Below, piece after piece: positions 49,140 to 61,329 of a DNA stretch of 64,000 nt; within the stretch, counting starts at the first letter, position 1, and each line of letters opens with the position of its first letter. The position numbers and the translations under genes are program-made. The notes under the pieces are model-generated. The model worked only from the letters and a program-made list of their open reading frames with translations, was not told where the DNA came from and made no database searches. The DNA is taken from the NCBI GenBank assembly GCA_964252035.1, contig OZ176203.1; one strand, 5' to 3'. This stretch comes from Podarcis erhardii (taxonomy: Eukaryota).

Positions 49140-52086
49140 TGCATCTGGTCCGGGGCAAAGGTTGTACCACCAACAGGAATGTGAATGTGAATGTGGATAG
49201 TGGTGGGAGGAAAAAATCCTTAAATAAGAGACACGGGGGAATGATTAATGGACTTCAATGTCTGTACACTAATGCGCAAAGCATGGGAAATAAATAAGAT
49301 GAGCTTGAGCTCTTGGTACAGCAAACTAAATATGACATAATAGGCATCACTGAAACCTGGTGGGATAAGTCCCATGACTGGAATGTAATAATGGAGGGAT
49401 ACAATCTATTTCAGAGAAACAGACCAGACAAGAAAGGAGGAGTGGCTTTATATGTCAGGGATGTGTATACCTGTGAAGAGATCCAAGATTTAGAACCTCA
49501 AAGCCAGAGTGAGAGCATTTGGGTCAAAATTAAGGGAGAGAAGAATAACAGTGACCTCATTGTGGGAGTTTACTATAGATCCCCAAGCCAAACGGAGGAC
49601 ATAGATAATGCCTTCCTGGAACAGATGGCCAAGCATGCAAAAGGAAGGGAGATAGTAGTAATGGGGGACTTCAATTACCCGGATATTTGCTGGATGTCAA
49701 ACTCAGCCAAGAGCATAAGGTCAAACAGATTCCTCACTGGCCTTTGCAGACAACTTCGTTGTCCAGAAAGTGGGAGAAGCAACAAGAGGAACAGCCATTT
49801 TAGATTTGGTCCTAACCAATGTTGATGACCTGGTTAGTGGGGTAGAAGTGGAAGGATCATTAGGCGCGAGTGATCATGCTCTTCTGAAGTTTACTATACA
49901 GCGGAAAGGAGCAGCCAAGCATACTAGGACTCAATTTCTTGACTTTAAGAAAGCCGACTTCATAAAACTTAGGGAAGTGCTGGGTGAGATCCCATGGACA
50001 GTAATACTAAAAGGAAAGGGAGTTCATGATGGCTGGGAGTTTGTTAAGAGGGAGATGGTAAAAGGACAACTTCAGGCAATACCAATGAGACGGAAACATG
50101 GAAGGTGCCTAAAGAAGCCAAGGTGGCTATCTAAAGAACTTTTAACTGAGTTAAGATTAAAAAAGATGTGTACAAAAAATGGAAAAGGGGGGAAACCACC
50201 AAAGAGGAATTCAAACAAATAGCCAGCACGTGTAGACACAAAGTCAGAAAAGCTAAAGCACAGAATGAACTCAGGCTTGCTAGAGAGGTTAAAAGCAACA
50301 AAAAAGGCTTTTATGGGTATGTTCGTAGCAAAAGGAAGAACAAAGAAACAGTGGGGTCACTCAGAAGAGAAGATGGTGAAATGCAAACAGGGGACACAGA
50401 AAGGGCTGAACTCCTCAATGCCTTCTTTGCCTCAGTCTTCTCCGATAAAGAAAACAATGCCCAACCTGAAGAATTTGGAGCAAATGATTCAGCAGAGGAA
50501 ACACAGCCCAGAATAACTAAGGAGATAGTACAAGAATACTTGGCTAGTTTAGATGTATTAAAGTCTCCAGGGCCAGATGAACTGCATCCAAGAGTATTAA
50601 AAGAACTGGCAGATGTGATCTCAGAACCACTGGCAGTCATCTTTGAGAATTCCTGGAGAACAGGCAAAGTCCCGGCAGACTGGAGGAGGGCAAATGTTGT
50701 CCCTATTTTCAAAAAGGGGAAAAGAGAGGACCCAAATAATTACCACCCAGTCAGTCTGACATCAATACCAGGGAAGATTCTGGAGCAGATCATTAAGCAA
50801 ACAGTCTACGAGCACCTAGAAAGGAATGCTGTGATCACCAATAGTCAGCATGGATTTCTGAAAAATAAGTCATGTCAGACTAACCTGATCTCGTTTTTTG
50901 ACAGAATTACAAGCCTGGTAGATGAAGGAACGCAGTGGATGTAGCCTACCTTGATTTCAGCAAGGCATTTGACAAGGTGCCCCATGATATTCTTGTAAAG
51001 AAGCTGGTAAAATGCGGACTTGACTATGCTACCACTCAGTGGATTTGTAACTGGCTGACTGACCGAACCCAAAGGGTGCTCATCAATGGTTCCTCTTCAT
51101 CCTGGAGAAGAGTGACTAGTGGGGTGCCACAGGGTTCTGTCTTGGGCCCGGTCTTATTCAACATCTTTATCAACGACTTGGATGATGGACTCAAGGGCAT
51201 CCTGATCAAATTTGCAGATGACACCAAACTGGGAGGGGTGGCTAACACCCAGAGGACAGGATCACACTTCAAAACGACCTTGACAGATTAGAGAACTGGG
51301 CCAAAACAAACAAGATGAATTTTAACAGGGAGAAATGTAAAGTATTGCACTTGGGCAAAAAAAATGAGAGGCACAAATACAAGATGGGTGACACCTGGCT
51401 TGAGAGCAGTACATGTGAAAAGGATCTAGGAGTCTTGGTTGACCACAAACTTGACATGAGCCAACAGTGTAACGCGGCAGCTAAAAAAGCCAATGCAATT
51501 CTGGGCTGCATCAATAGGAGTATAGCATCTAGATCAAGGGAAGTAACAGTGCCACTGTATTCTGCTCTGGTCAGACCTCACCTGGAGTACTGTGTCCAGT
51601 TCTGGGCACCACAGTTCAAGAAGGACACTGACAAACTGGAACAGGTCCAGAGGAGGGCAACCAAAATGGTCAAAGGCCTGGAAACGATGCCTTATGAGGA
51701 ACGGCTAAGGGAGCTGGGCATGTTTAGCCTGGAGAAGAGGAGGTTAAGGGGTGATATGATAGCCATGTTCAAATATATAAAAGGATGTCACATAGAGGAG
51801 GGAGAAAGGTTGTTTTCTGCTGCTCCAGAGAAGCGGACACGGAGCAATGGTTCCAAACTACAAGAAAGAAGATTCCACCTAAACATTAGGAAGAACTTCC
51901 TGACAGTAAGAGCTGTTCGACTGTGGAATTTGCTGCCAAGGAGTGTGGTGGAGTCTCCTTCTTTGGAGGTCTTTAAGCAGAGGCTTGACAACGATATGTC
52001 AGGAGTGCTCTGATGGTGTTTCCTGCTTGGCAGGGGGTTGGACTCGATGGCCCTTGTGGTCTCTTCCAACTCTATGATTCTATGAT
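49140..52086 (+). mobile_element. CR1 LINE with near-complete but disrupted ORF2 (APE endonuclease plus RT) and 3' tail
   Basis: ORF2 runs from about 49241 (MINGLQCLYTNAQSMGNK*DELE...GITETWWD) through [43 protein letters not shown] and KFADDTK to its stop at 52013. One nonsense codon (49295) and about four frameshifts. Tail TTCCAACTCTATGATTCTATGAT. The 5' boundary is approximate. Confidence 0.95.
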
Positions 52087-52523
52087 GTAGACTGAAGTAG
52101 TATAGGATACAAAACAAGTGTGCTTCTCCCCTGTGCCACCCGTGACCCAATCTCACTTCAGTCATTCTGCCAGCATTTCTTTGTTGCTGAAATGACTCTG
52201 CGGGGAATCATTCCATATCTGGCTTTCTTATGAGCTGAATATTTTAAAATCTTTAACTACTCAGTCCACACTGACTTTAGTGAAAAGCCCACTGTGGAAT
52301 CATATTAGTGTATCTAGTTTCTAAGAAAAAGAATCAGAAAAAGAAAAAAAATTGTTCACGTAATTGAGGCTGCTATCCTATGCTTGAAAGACACAGACTG
52401 AAAGGCATTAAGATTTGGCAGATGCACTGTTCTGCTGATGGAAAGCCAGATATGGATACGTCTATAGGATATGTCTATTTAAGACATGTAACCATTATAT
52501 TTACTGCAGAGCAACTTCACCTT

Positions 52524-52861
52524 AAGGGACGTGGGTGGCGCTGTGGGTTAAACCACAGAGCCTAGGACTTGCCGATCAGAAGGTCGGCGGTTCAAATCCC
52601 CGTGACAGGGTAAGCTCCCATTGCTTGGTCCGTGCTCCTGCCAACCTAGCAGTTCAAAAGTGCAAGTAGATAAATAGGTACCACTCAGGCGGGAAGGTAA
52701 ACTTCTGTGCGCTGCTCTGGTTCGCCAGAAGCGGCTTAGTCATGCTGGCCACATGACCCGGAAGCTGTACGCCGGCTCCCTCAGCCAATAAAGCAAGATG
52801 AGCGCCACAACCCCAGAGTCGGTCATGACTGGACATAATGGTCAGGGGTCCCTTTACCTTT
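52524..52861 (+). mobile_element. Sauria SINE (Squam1), lacertid type, full length
   Basis: AAGGGACGTGGGTGGCGCTGTGGGTTAAACCACAGAGCCTAGG...GGTTCAAATCCC...GGTCAGGGGTCCCTTTACCTTT, with an 11-bp TSD AACTTCACCTT at 52513-52523 and 52862-52872. Confidence 0.95.
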
Positions 52862-54080
52862 AACTTCACCTTTCCATTAAATTAAAAGTCAGTTTTTTCA
52901 TCTAGCTACAGAATAGCACAAAATATAATGAAGATTTCAACATTTGCCTTGAAATATTCTAAAATTATACAATTTATGGGAAATTGCATGCATATAGACA
53001 GTTTGCTCAGTACAGTTTAATTAACCTGTAATTAAAATATTAGCACATTAAGGTATAACTATTATGGCATAAGCTCTTGAAATTAGTTGCTGATGTTAAA
53101 AACCTGAAACAGTTACGTTCATAAATTAAAGAACTACAGCTATCAATGAGATACTCTTTGCTCAGTAGCTTTTCCAAAACCACAACTGCAGTGATGCTGG
53201 TGGTGTGATTCAAAATTCTAAAATAACAATTTTAAAATAACAAAGATTTATACAGACCAAAATTGCCAACAAGAAACGTTCAGCATGTTAGCCTGCTTGC
53301 TAAAAAAGAATGTTTTGTTTCACAAGCTCAGTTTCAGAACAGTCACAATGGAAAAATGTGGAGCTGCTTACCTTGGAAACTGTGCAACATATATTTGCTG
53401 TTGCAATCTTATAACTCCACTTGTTCAAGTTTAAATTAGAAATTCATTCAATTCCTGCTATAAAAAGGCTGATTCTGTGCTCCGAGTTTCTTGTGCAGAA
53501 ACAAGTTCCATCTCCTCCAAACACTAGAAGGAGATTCTAGGTCCATGCAATCATCTGGGGAAAGGGCCTTACACAGTGGAAGAGTACACAGAGTACAGAG
53601 TACACATAAAAAAGTTTTTTGTAAGTTAGGAGACTACTTAACTCTAACAAGAGTATCCTAAAGACAAAAGGAGTGACCTTCTCATCCCTATCACCATTCC
53701 AACCCCACATGGCCAAAAGACAACTGCCACCCTGCAACATGAAAAGCTGCATACTTGCATGGAACACCCCTGAGCTGCTGTGTCATGAATTAAAGCTTGT
53801 GCTGTTACATCTATAAGACTGAGGATCTAATGCTCCCAATACAGGAAAACTGTACTATAGACTCTGTAGTAAAGCATATATATTGATGAATGAATGACAG
53901 TTTATATGTTTAACATTTGTCTAACCTCTTTCAGCAAATTGGTCAAATGTTAAGGGTCTCTGTATTCCTATGCCAGAATTATTTTCAGTAAATTGGTAAT
54001 ATGGGAAGTCCAACAGAACATTTTTGTTTTCGCCAACTAATATATAGAAAAAAAGTTATCACCATCACAGCTAATCTTAC

Positions 54081-54352
54081 CCATCAAGAAGATTCATGGT
54101 AGTTGATGTAACTTCAGCAAACAGAACCACTTTCCCAAGCTTCTTTGTATGTAGATTTTGCCTGTATCTCTCAAAACTGAAATGTTCAGATGAGAAAGCT
54201 TCCATCTCAGTAACTATCGGCATGAGCGAGGGTGTTACTTCTGTTCCTTTGATGCAAGATGATACAAACTTGAGGGACACCGTGCTGGATCTGATTAATC
54301 CTTCTGCATTCACATTTCTTTCAAGCCACCCCAAAAATAAACTATGGACATC
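54081..54352 (-). CDS. HLCS: HLCS internal coding exon (272 nt)
   Basis: ttttatgcccaacag|GAT GTC CAT...CTT GAT GG|gtaaga encodes DVHSLFLGWLERNVNAEGLIRSS...[42 protein letters not shown]. This matches human ...[42 protein letters not shown] as recalled. Lies within ORF 54077..54370. Confidence 0.97.
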
Positions 54353-55773
54353 CTGTTGGGCATAAAACAAAATTAGACAAAAATCAGCTAGGAATCATTT
54401 ATTTGAAGATAAGGTTTTCTAACAACAGTTTTCCCAACACATGCTATGCTATAAGCTCATTGAGTTTTAAAGTCAGTTTGAAACAGTTTGTGCCCCATTA
54501 TTTGATGCACCATTGTATTACTTACTTACTTGAAAATTTATCACCTGCTTGTGCATAAAAAGGTTTTTACTTGAGCCAAAAGGATGTTGATGATGGTCTG
54601 AATGCATCTACCAGTATCTAGTGATGTTTTACTGATGTTTTATAGCTAGTCATAGATTGATTTCATTGTATTTTATATGGTGTAATCTGGAATGTTATAA
54701 TCTCTTCTCTTTTTGATGGACAATAGTCAAACCACCTTCTGAGGGAGCATTTTTGCTGCTGAAATGTTGGTTCTGACTTGTTAATTCTCTTTTACGACTT
54801 TTACTGCAATGCATTCCCCCCGCCCAATTTTATCAAATCCTTTATGCTTTCACATTTTTTATGTCACTTGGAGACATATGTGTCAAGCAATTAATCAATT
54901 GAAAAAATGATGAATACAATTTCATGCCAAAATTCACTTTACTTCATCAAAAAGAATTTTTTTTTTGTTTCAAACTAGTTTTTTTTAGCCAAATATATCC
55001 CTTATTAATCTTAATCTTAATCTATTTTAAAATATTAACACGTAATTCTTTTTTAAGTTGTTGAAGGAAAGAGCATTATCTAAAGAATGTGAAATAGTTG
55101 TTCAAGCCCATTCTTCCTTCTTCTCTGTTTATCCATAAGATCCATGAGATTTTGTTTAGCATCAAAAAGGGGCTTCTTTTAAAATATACTGGCATATGAA
55201 AATGTATGAAACAAGGGAAGATCATTGCCAGTAGTAATCCATATCCAGTTTTATTAAGCATTATCTCAGAAATATAATATTGTTTTTAGGGATACTGATA
55301 AGACATAAATATTAATAAAAATGAAACAAACCTATATGTGTGTCTGTAAACTACTTTTTCAAAGCTATGAACGAAAAGAAAATCCCTACACCTAAGTGCT
55401 TTGATTCCAGAACTCAGAACTTAACACTATTTACAAGCTATAGACCAAGGTGTGCACTGTTTTGTGGCAGCCTCTAGTGGCCACTTAAATGAAAGGTGTT
55501 GGTACTAATGTTCAAATATCTGACCTTATATTCCCTTGAGACCTTGTCAGAAATACCACATAAAGAGCACAATTGTGAGACCGAGGTTCCTGGTAATGAT
55601 TACAGAAGCCAGCATCAAATTATGAGAAAGAACACAAAACATATATCAGTAGCCATGTGTGTTAAAATTAAACCATGCTTAATTAGCTAAGAATGCATGC
55701 ATTTGCTTGGACTGTGTTTTACATAGACACCTGCTGGCATTTGAATGTGCCATCACAGCAAATCTCTATATTT

Positions 55774-55906
55774 GCAGCCCTGTATCGGGAAGTTTTTACT
55801 GTTGGATGTTTTATTATGTTTCAATATATGCTGTAAGTTGCCTAGAGTGGCTGGGAAACCCAGCCACATGGGCAGGGTATAAATAATAAAATTATCATCA
55901 TCATTA
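55774..55906 (+). mobile_element. L2 LINE 3' tail fragment
   Basis: GCAGCCCTGTATCGGGAAGTTTTTA...GAGTGGCTGGGAAACCCAGCCA.ATGGGCAGGGTATAAATAATAAA, same family as 28600-28710. Confidence 0.85.
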
Positions 55907-56136
55907 GGAAGGTGGCACTCTTCAAACACTTTAAAGTTTTGCTTTTAAAAATACACAAGCATTTATATCAATAACAACCTACCCTAAAGCTGGTAGAATC
56001 AATGACAGCTCAATTTAAGTAAGTTATTAAGCTCCTACCAAAAGAACAAATTTTAATTTATAATCTTAAGTGTTATACAATGATTTTATGTTCACAAATT
56101 TAAACCATATTTCCCCTTTTAAAACATGTATATGTA

Positions 56137-56356
56137 TGGGCAACCTCCCCATTTACATGTGCTCAATATGTGTGTGACCGTGCACATGTGCAGCGTGTCG
56201 AACCCGGAAGTGACCAAAAAAGTCACAAAAAGGGGTTGGGCAGGAGCGGAATGGGGTGTTTGCAGGCTTTTCCCAATGGTGTTTCAAATATATGTGATTT
56301 CACTGGCGTGTGTAGTGCTTTGGAATGTAACCCCCCTATAAATAGAGGGTTGCCTG
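56137..56356. mobile_element. Probable Tc1/mariner-type MITE
   Basis: Imperfect TIRs TA|TGGGCAACCTCCCCATTT...AAATAGAGGGTTGCCTG|TA around a CpG-containing interior. Confidence 0.55.
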
Positions 56357-58624
56357 TATTACATCTGAAGCAAGCCATGGGCACTCACTTTGCACCATTA
56401 AGCCTACTGTTAGTAACATGGACAATTGTATGCAATACCCCACTTGTTATACCAAAGGATGATGTGATGTAATAGCTCCCACTTTTTGCATATTACTAGA
56501 TGGCTAGATAGCTCTTTCAGAGCCAACTTCAATATTCCTTTTTGACATGACAGGAGGTGCTATTTCATCTCGGTGGTTGCATATGTAAATATTTCTTGTC
56601 AATTGTATACCAACAATACCGTAAGCATTCAACAATGCAAGGGAAAAGGTATCTGTTTCGTTAACATAGTAAATATTAGCTGACATCACATGGCATTTAT
56701 CACATGAAATGGAAAGGTAAAAATTATCTCATTCTTGTGTCACCAAAGAAAACATGAACAAACTGAAATCTAAAGGTTCTTACATTACACCATATGCTTT
56801 CCCCTGCTTCCCTGCCATGGAGCAAACCATAGTTACATAAACTTACATAAACTCACTTCAATGAACTTTGAGGCTTTTTGGTTTCTAGGAATAAAGTCCA
56901 ATATATATTTTAAAACAAAATACAAATGCTATTTCAGCTGTTGCTTTATAGTAGGCGTAGATTTTAAGTCTCATGCATGAGCGTCAACTTCAATGTTTCA
57001 ATTTGTGGAAGTTTCATGATCATTTTGGCAGTGAACCTAAAGAATTACTAAACCTAAAGAATTAAGATCTAGGACAAAAATAATGTAACTCTTGCACACA
57101 TGCAACTGGAACCTTGTAGGGGGAAAAGCCATTGTGAAACAATCTGGAGTAAAGGAATGGAAAGTTAGGAAAGCATTAAGTACTCACCCACCCTGTAACT
57201 CTTAATCAAGTGCCAAATCTGGCCATGTTAAAACTACAGAAAGCTCTCCAAAGTATGGTAGCTATTCAGATTCTGACATGTTTGTAATGTACACATCAAA
57301 AACAGCTTTTAAAAAAGAAACAAATTATAAGGAAGTACATATTACAAAATTTAGGAAAAGGTCATGTAGAGGATGGGTATATGAAATCAATTAATTTTTT
57401 TACACAGTGCATAATAGCTGACATCTAGTATAGATAAAAGATCATTGAAATAGTAACTTGTAAGTTTACAAGAACACTGTCAAAAATCTATAAAGCTTAA
57501 TATACATATAGCTTGAACTTAAATTCTATAAGACCATATATTTATTAAAATTTGCTGCCAACTGAAACTTATACACAGAGTAGCAGCAGTGTATTGAAGA
57601 CTATGAATAACCTGTTTCTAACATGACTGAATTTATAGATATCACACCTTCATATAGCTAAAATGTTATTTTTCTAGCTTATTTTCACTTGTAAAAAGTT
57701 TGGTTCAAGAATCACCCTTATTTGAAATTTTAAAAAGGGTAAAAATTTATCAATAATGTCTTTGATTATTTTTTTTAAAGTACTACACTCTGGGTCTTAA
57801 TTGAACACCATGAAGAAACCGAACTGGTGCACATACTTTACTTGCTATATTACCCCAGACATATAAAAGTGAAACTATCAAATGTCCTTTGGAGATCTTC
57901 CATGTCATTATACCAACACAAACAAACTACAATCTAAAACAGTAGCAATAGGAGCCTCGTGTGATCCAAAATAAAGGAAATTGTAACACCAGCGCCAACA
58001 CAGTCAATACTTGAAAGTGGTCTGCTGATAAAAAGAAGTGACATCTGCTATGATCCCAGGAACCACACAAAAAATTAATTTCAAAAAGTTGTTTGAATTC
58101 CTATACTAGGATGACACCTCCCCCCCCCCCGCTATGTAGTGCAACTCTGAAAGTGGGAGGGTTGCCTCACTTACACTATTTTGTTTTAGCACATAATGAT
58201 AAGAAATAGTAATTTAAAGTTTGCAGAAATACCAGTTTAACATCATATACAAAGCTGATAAAGATATTTTATTTTTTTCTCAGATGAAGACAGCAAATGT
58301 GGGGGCCTAATCTGGGTAACATTTCATAAAATTATGTTTTAAATAAAGTTGGCAGACATGCTTGCATTAATGCAAATAAGGACAAACCTCAGTACTTGTT
58401 CATTTGGAAATTCAGATTGTGCAGATAATATAGCTACAGTGCAATAAATTTAACTTTTAAGAATTTGCCAGACAGAACCTATCAAACTGTGACTATGACA
58501 TATAGCAAACTCTTCACAATCAATGTGCTTTTGGCCTCACAATGCCCTGTTTAAAATGACTGTTGTAGGCTGTCACAAATTAATGCAGAACAGAAGTGAG
58601 CATAAGGGCCAACTGAACACCCTT

Positions 58625-58875
58625 CTAAGAATATAAAAAGAGCTATGCTGAATTAGTCCAAAACTCATTTCATCCAGCATTCTATTCTCACAATTACCAA
58701 TCGGATGCCTGTTGGAAACCCATAAGCAGGACATGAGCACAAAACCAATCACTCCAATGTGCTCCCCAGCAACTGGTGTTCACAGGCATTAGACAGTACC
58801 CATTCATCATGTTGAGTACCATTGATAGTTTTAGATGGCCCTTTAAAGCCATCTAAGCTGGTAACCATCACTATT
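58625..58875 (-). mobile_element. Old CR1 3' end
   Basis: AAGAATATAAAAAGAGCTATGCTG...CATCCAGCATTCTATTCTCACA...CCCTTTAAAGCCATCTAAG, homologous to 11814-11938. Confidence 0.65.
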
Positions 58876-59259
58876 AGTATCATTAATTTATTAACTGCCT
58901 TCTAAACAATCATCTCAAAGTGAAGTACAATAAAAACAGGAGAAACAGTAAAAAACACAAAAAGCACACACATTTAAAAGAACACTAAAAATATTACAAT
59001 GAAACTAACACAATAACTAGGAATGTCAGAGGAATCCACTGAAAATGCACCATAAAATAGATTTCCTTTCACCTACTCACTTCAGCCCCATCACAACAGA
59101 CTCCTACTATGAAAGCTTTCCACCTTAATTCTCTACAAATGCTTTAATATACAAAAACAGATATGCAAATTGAATAGCCATTCAAATTGCTTTGCAATAT
59201 ATGTTATTTAGATATTCATTTGTGTATATTTGCTGTTGTCCAACAGGTGCCTCACAGTT

Positions 59260-60125
59260 TGTGTGAGTGTCTGGACGCGGTTGAAGGATGGACGGCGGCT
59301 AACAGATTGAGGTTGAATCCTGACAAGACAGAAGTACTGTTTTGGGGGGACAGGAGGCGGGCAGGTGTGGGGGAATCCATGGTCCTGAATGAGGTAACTG
59401 TGCCCCTGAAGGACCAGGTGCGCAGCCTGGGAGTCATTTTGGACTCGCAGCTGTCCATGGAGGCACAGGTCAAATCTGTGTCCAGGGCAGCTGTTTACCA
59501 GCTCCATCTGGTACGCAGGCTGAGACCCTACCTGCCTGTGGACTGCCTCGCCAGAGTGGTGCATGCTCTAGTTATCTTCCGCTTGGACTACTGCAATGCG
59601 CTCTATGTGGGGCTACCTTTGAAGGTGATCCGAAAACTACAACTGATCCAGAATACGGCAGCTAGACTGGTGACTAGGAGCGGCTGCCAAGACCACATAA
59701 CACTGGACTTGAAAGACCTACATTGGCTCCCAGTAGGTTTCCGAGCACAATTCAAAGTGTTAGTGCTGACCTTTAAAGCCCTAAACGGCCTCAGTGCAGT
59801 ATATCTGAAGGAGCGTCTCCACCCCCATCATTCTACCCTGACACAGAGGTCCAGCACCGAGGGTCTTCTGGCAGTTCCCTCACTGCGAGAAGCCAGGTTA
59901 CACGGAACCAGGCAAAGGGCCTTCTCGGTGGTGGCACCCGCCCTGTGGAACGCCCTCCCACCAGATGTCAAAGAGAACAACAACTACCAGACTTTTAGAA
60001 GACATCTGAAGGCAGCCCTGTTTAGGGAAGCTTTTAATGTTTGATGCATTACTGTATTTTAATATTTTGTTGGAAGCTGCCCAGAGTGGGTGGGGAATAA
60101 ATAAATAAATAAATAAATAAATAAA
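59260..60125 (+). mobile_element. Young L2 LINE 3' portion with uninterrupted ORF2 C-terminus and (AAAT)n tail
   Basis: CECLDAVEGWTAANRLRLNPDKTEVL...RLDYCNALYVGLP...LHWLPV...AFSVVAPALWNALP...FRRHLKAALFREAFNV, stop at 60044. The first 24 or so codons of ORF 59187..60044 are unrelated flank. Confidence 0.95.
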
Positions 60126-60326
60126 AAATAATAGTTGTTGTTATTATTATTATTATTAGTTGACTTTGTATAAGTTGCTGCTTGTTGCTGGGAAACAGCC
60201 TATATGCACTAAGGCTGCAATCCTGGCCATGACCACTCAGAAATAATTCCCAGGTAAGTGGATTTAAGACTGCAGTCTTAATCCATGTTCTCCTGTGGAT
60301 TTTAAAATGCAACAGAGTACATTTTT

Positions 60327-60430
60327 CCAAGGGTGGCCAACTTTTTTGGATTGTGAGCAAGTTTTGAAAGATTGCTGAGAGTGTCAGTCACAAAATGGCT
60401 GCTATAGAGAGGCATGGCAATACACAAAAT
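60327..60430. mobile_element. Possible hAT MITE terminal fragment
   Basis: CAAGGGTGGCCAACTTTTTTG...GTCACAAAATGGCTGC resembles hAT termini. No partner TIR seen. Confidence 0.35.
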
Positions 60431-60531
60431 TAGACCCCCACCAACAACCATATGCTTATCATGAGAAGTCAGCTACGGTTTGCTACTCCTGAATATGGTG
60501 TGCTCTTTGGCGCACTCTCTTTCTCTCACAT

Positions 60532-60550
60532 ACACACACACACACACACA
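60532..60550. repeat. (CA)n microsatellite
   Basis: acacacacacacacacaca. Confidence 0.95.
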
Positions 60551-61242
60551 AAAACCCAACAGGTGCTGTTGCCATTTAATAACAACACAAAGCATCCTGC
60601 ATTACCAGGAAAAACATACAAGGTATTCACTCACATTTCATATAAATCTCTTAGATGGTACCTGCACATTTCCCCCCATAACTTGGGCTAGAGACTTGAT
60701 TTTTAAAATTAAAGCTCATAGTCTGGGTCTGCTTGATTGGTGCACCGCTGGAAGCCTTCACGGGCATCATGGTACCTGTGGACATTGGGCTGTTGACCCC
60801 TGCATTAGTCATTATTATTCTTTTCACATGGAAAGAAGTGATCTCTTTTATTAGCTGTATACTTTATCTGTGCCCTCAGTTAAAGTCCAAACTTCTTTGT
60901 CAATGTGGGAAGAACCATCTGGATTTGACTGCTCATTTTTTACCATCCACCCTCTTAATCATTATTTTCAAATCTTAAAATATTTTTGCCCTACTCCCAG
61001 TCAAATATCAACTGAAAAAAATCATTATTCTTCTTCACATAGCAGGAATACATTGGCACACAAAAAAATTTACTATAAACAATTTAAAACATAAATTAGC
61101 TTCAACACTATTTTAGCACATGCAAATGCATGACCATTTGCTGTATTAAATACACAGTTAAGAAATAAATGTTCTAATAAAAAACACTTCTATGTTGTTA
61201 AGTGAGTGACATGAGCTTCAATCCTCTCAAGCTTACTGAGAT

Positions 61243-61329
61243 AGGCTGCAAACATAATCTCACTTACCTAGGAGTAAGGCCCATTAAATTTAATTGGACA
61301 TACTGAGTAGACATGGTCAAAATTGCAGC
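61243..61329. mobile_element. Short palindromic squamate interspersed repeat (GGCTGCAA...TTGCAGC)
   Basis: AGGCTGCAAACAT...CACTTACCTAGGAGTAAGGCCCATTAAAT...TGAGTAGACATG...AATTGCAGC. Degenerate relatives at about 8105-8155 and 60210-60275. Confidence 0.55.

Larger units (their letters stand above)
1604..54080 (-). other. HLCS: HLCS intron, about 52.5 kb, GT-AG
   Basis: Donor GTAAGA at 54080 and acceptor TTTGCAG at 1604. The flanking exons join in frame (GG|G) and match contiguous human protein sequence, so no constitutive coding exon is missing. Confidence 0.9.

Noticed and set aside
59187-60044. 285-aa ORF as a host gene
   Set aside because: It is an L2 ORF2 C-terminus fused by chance to about 24 codons of flank, beginning at a TTG.
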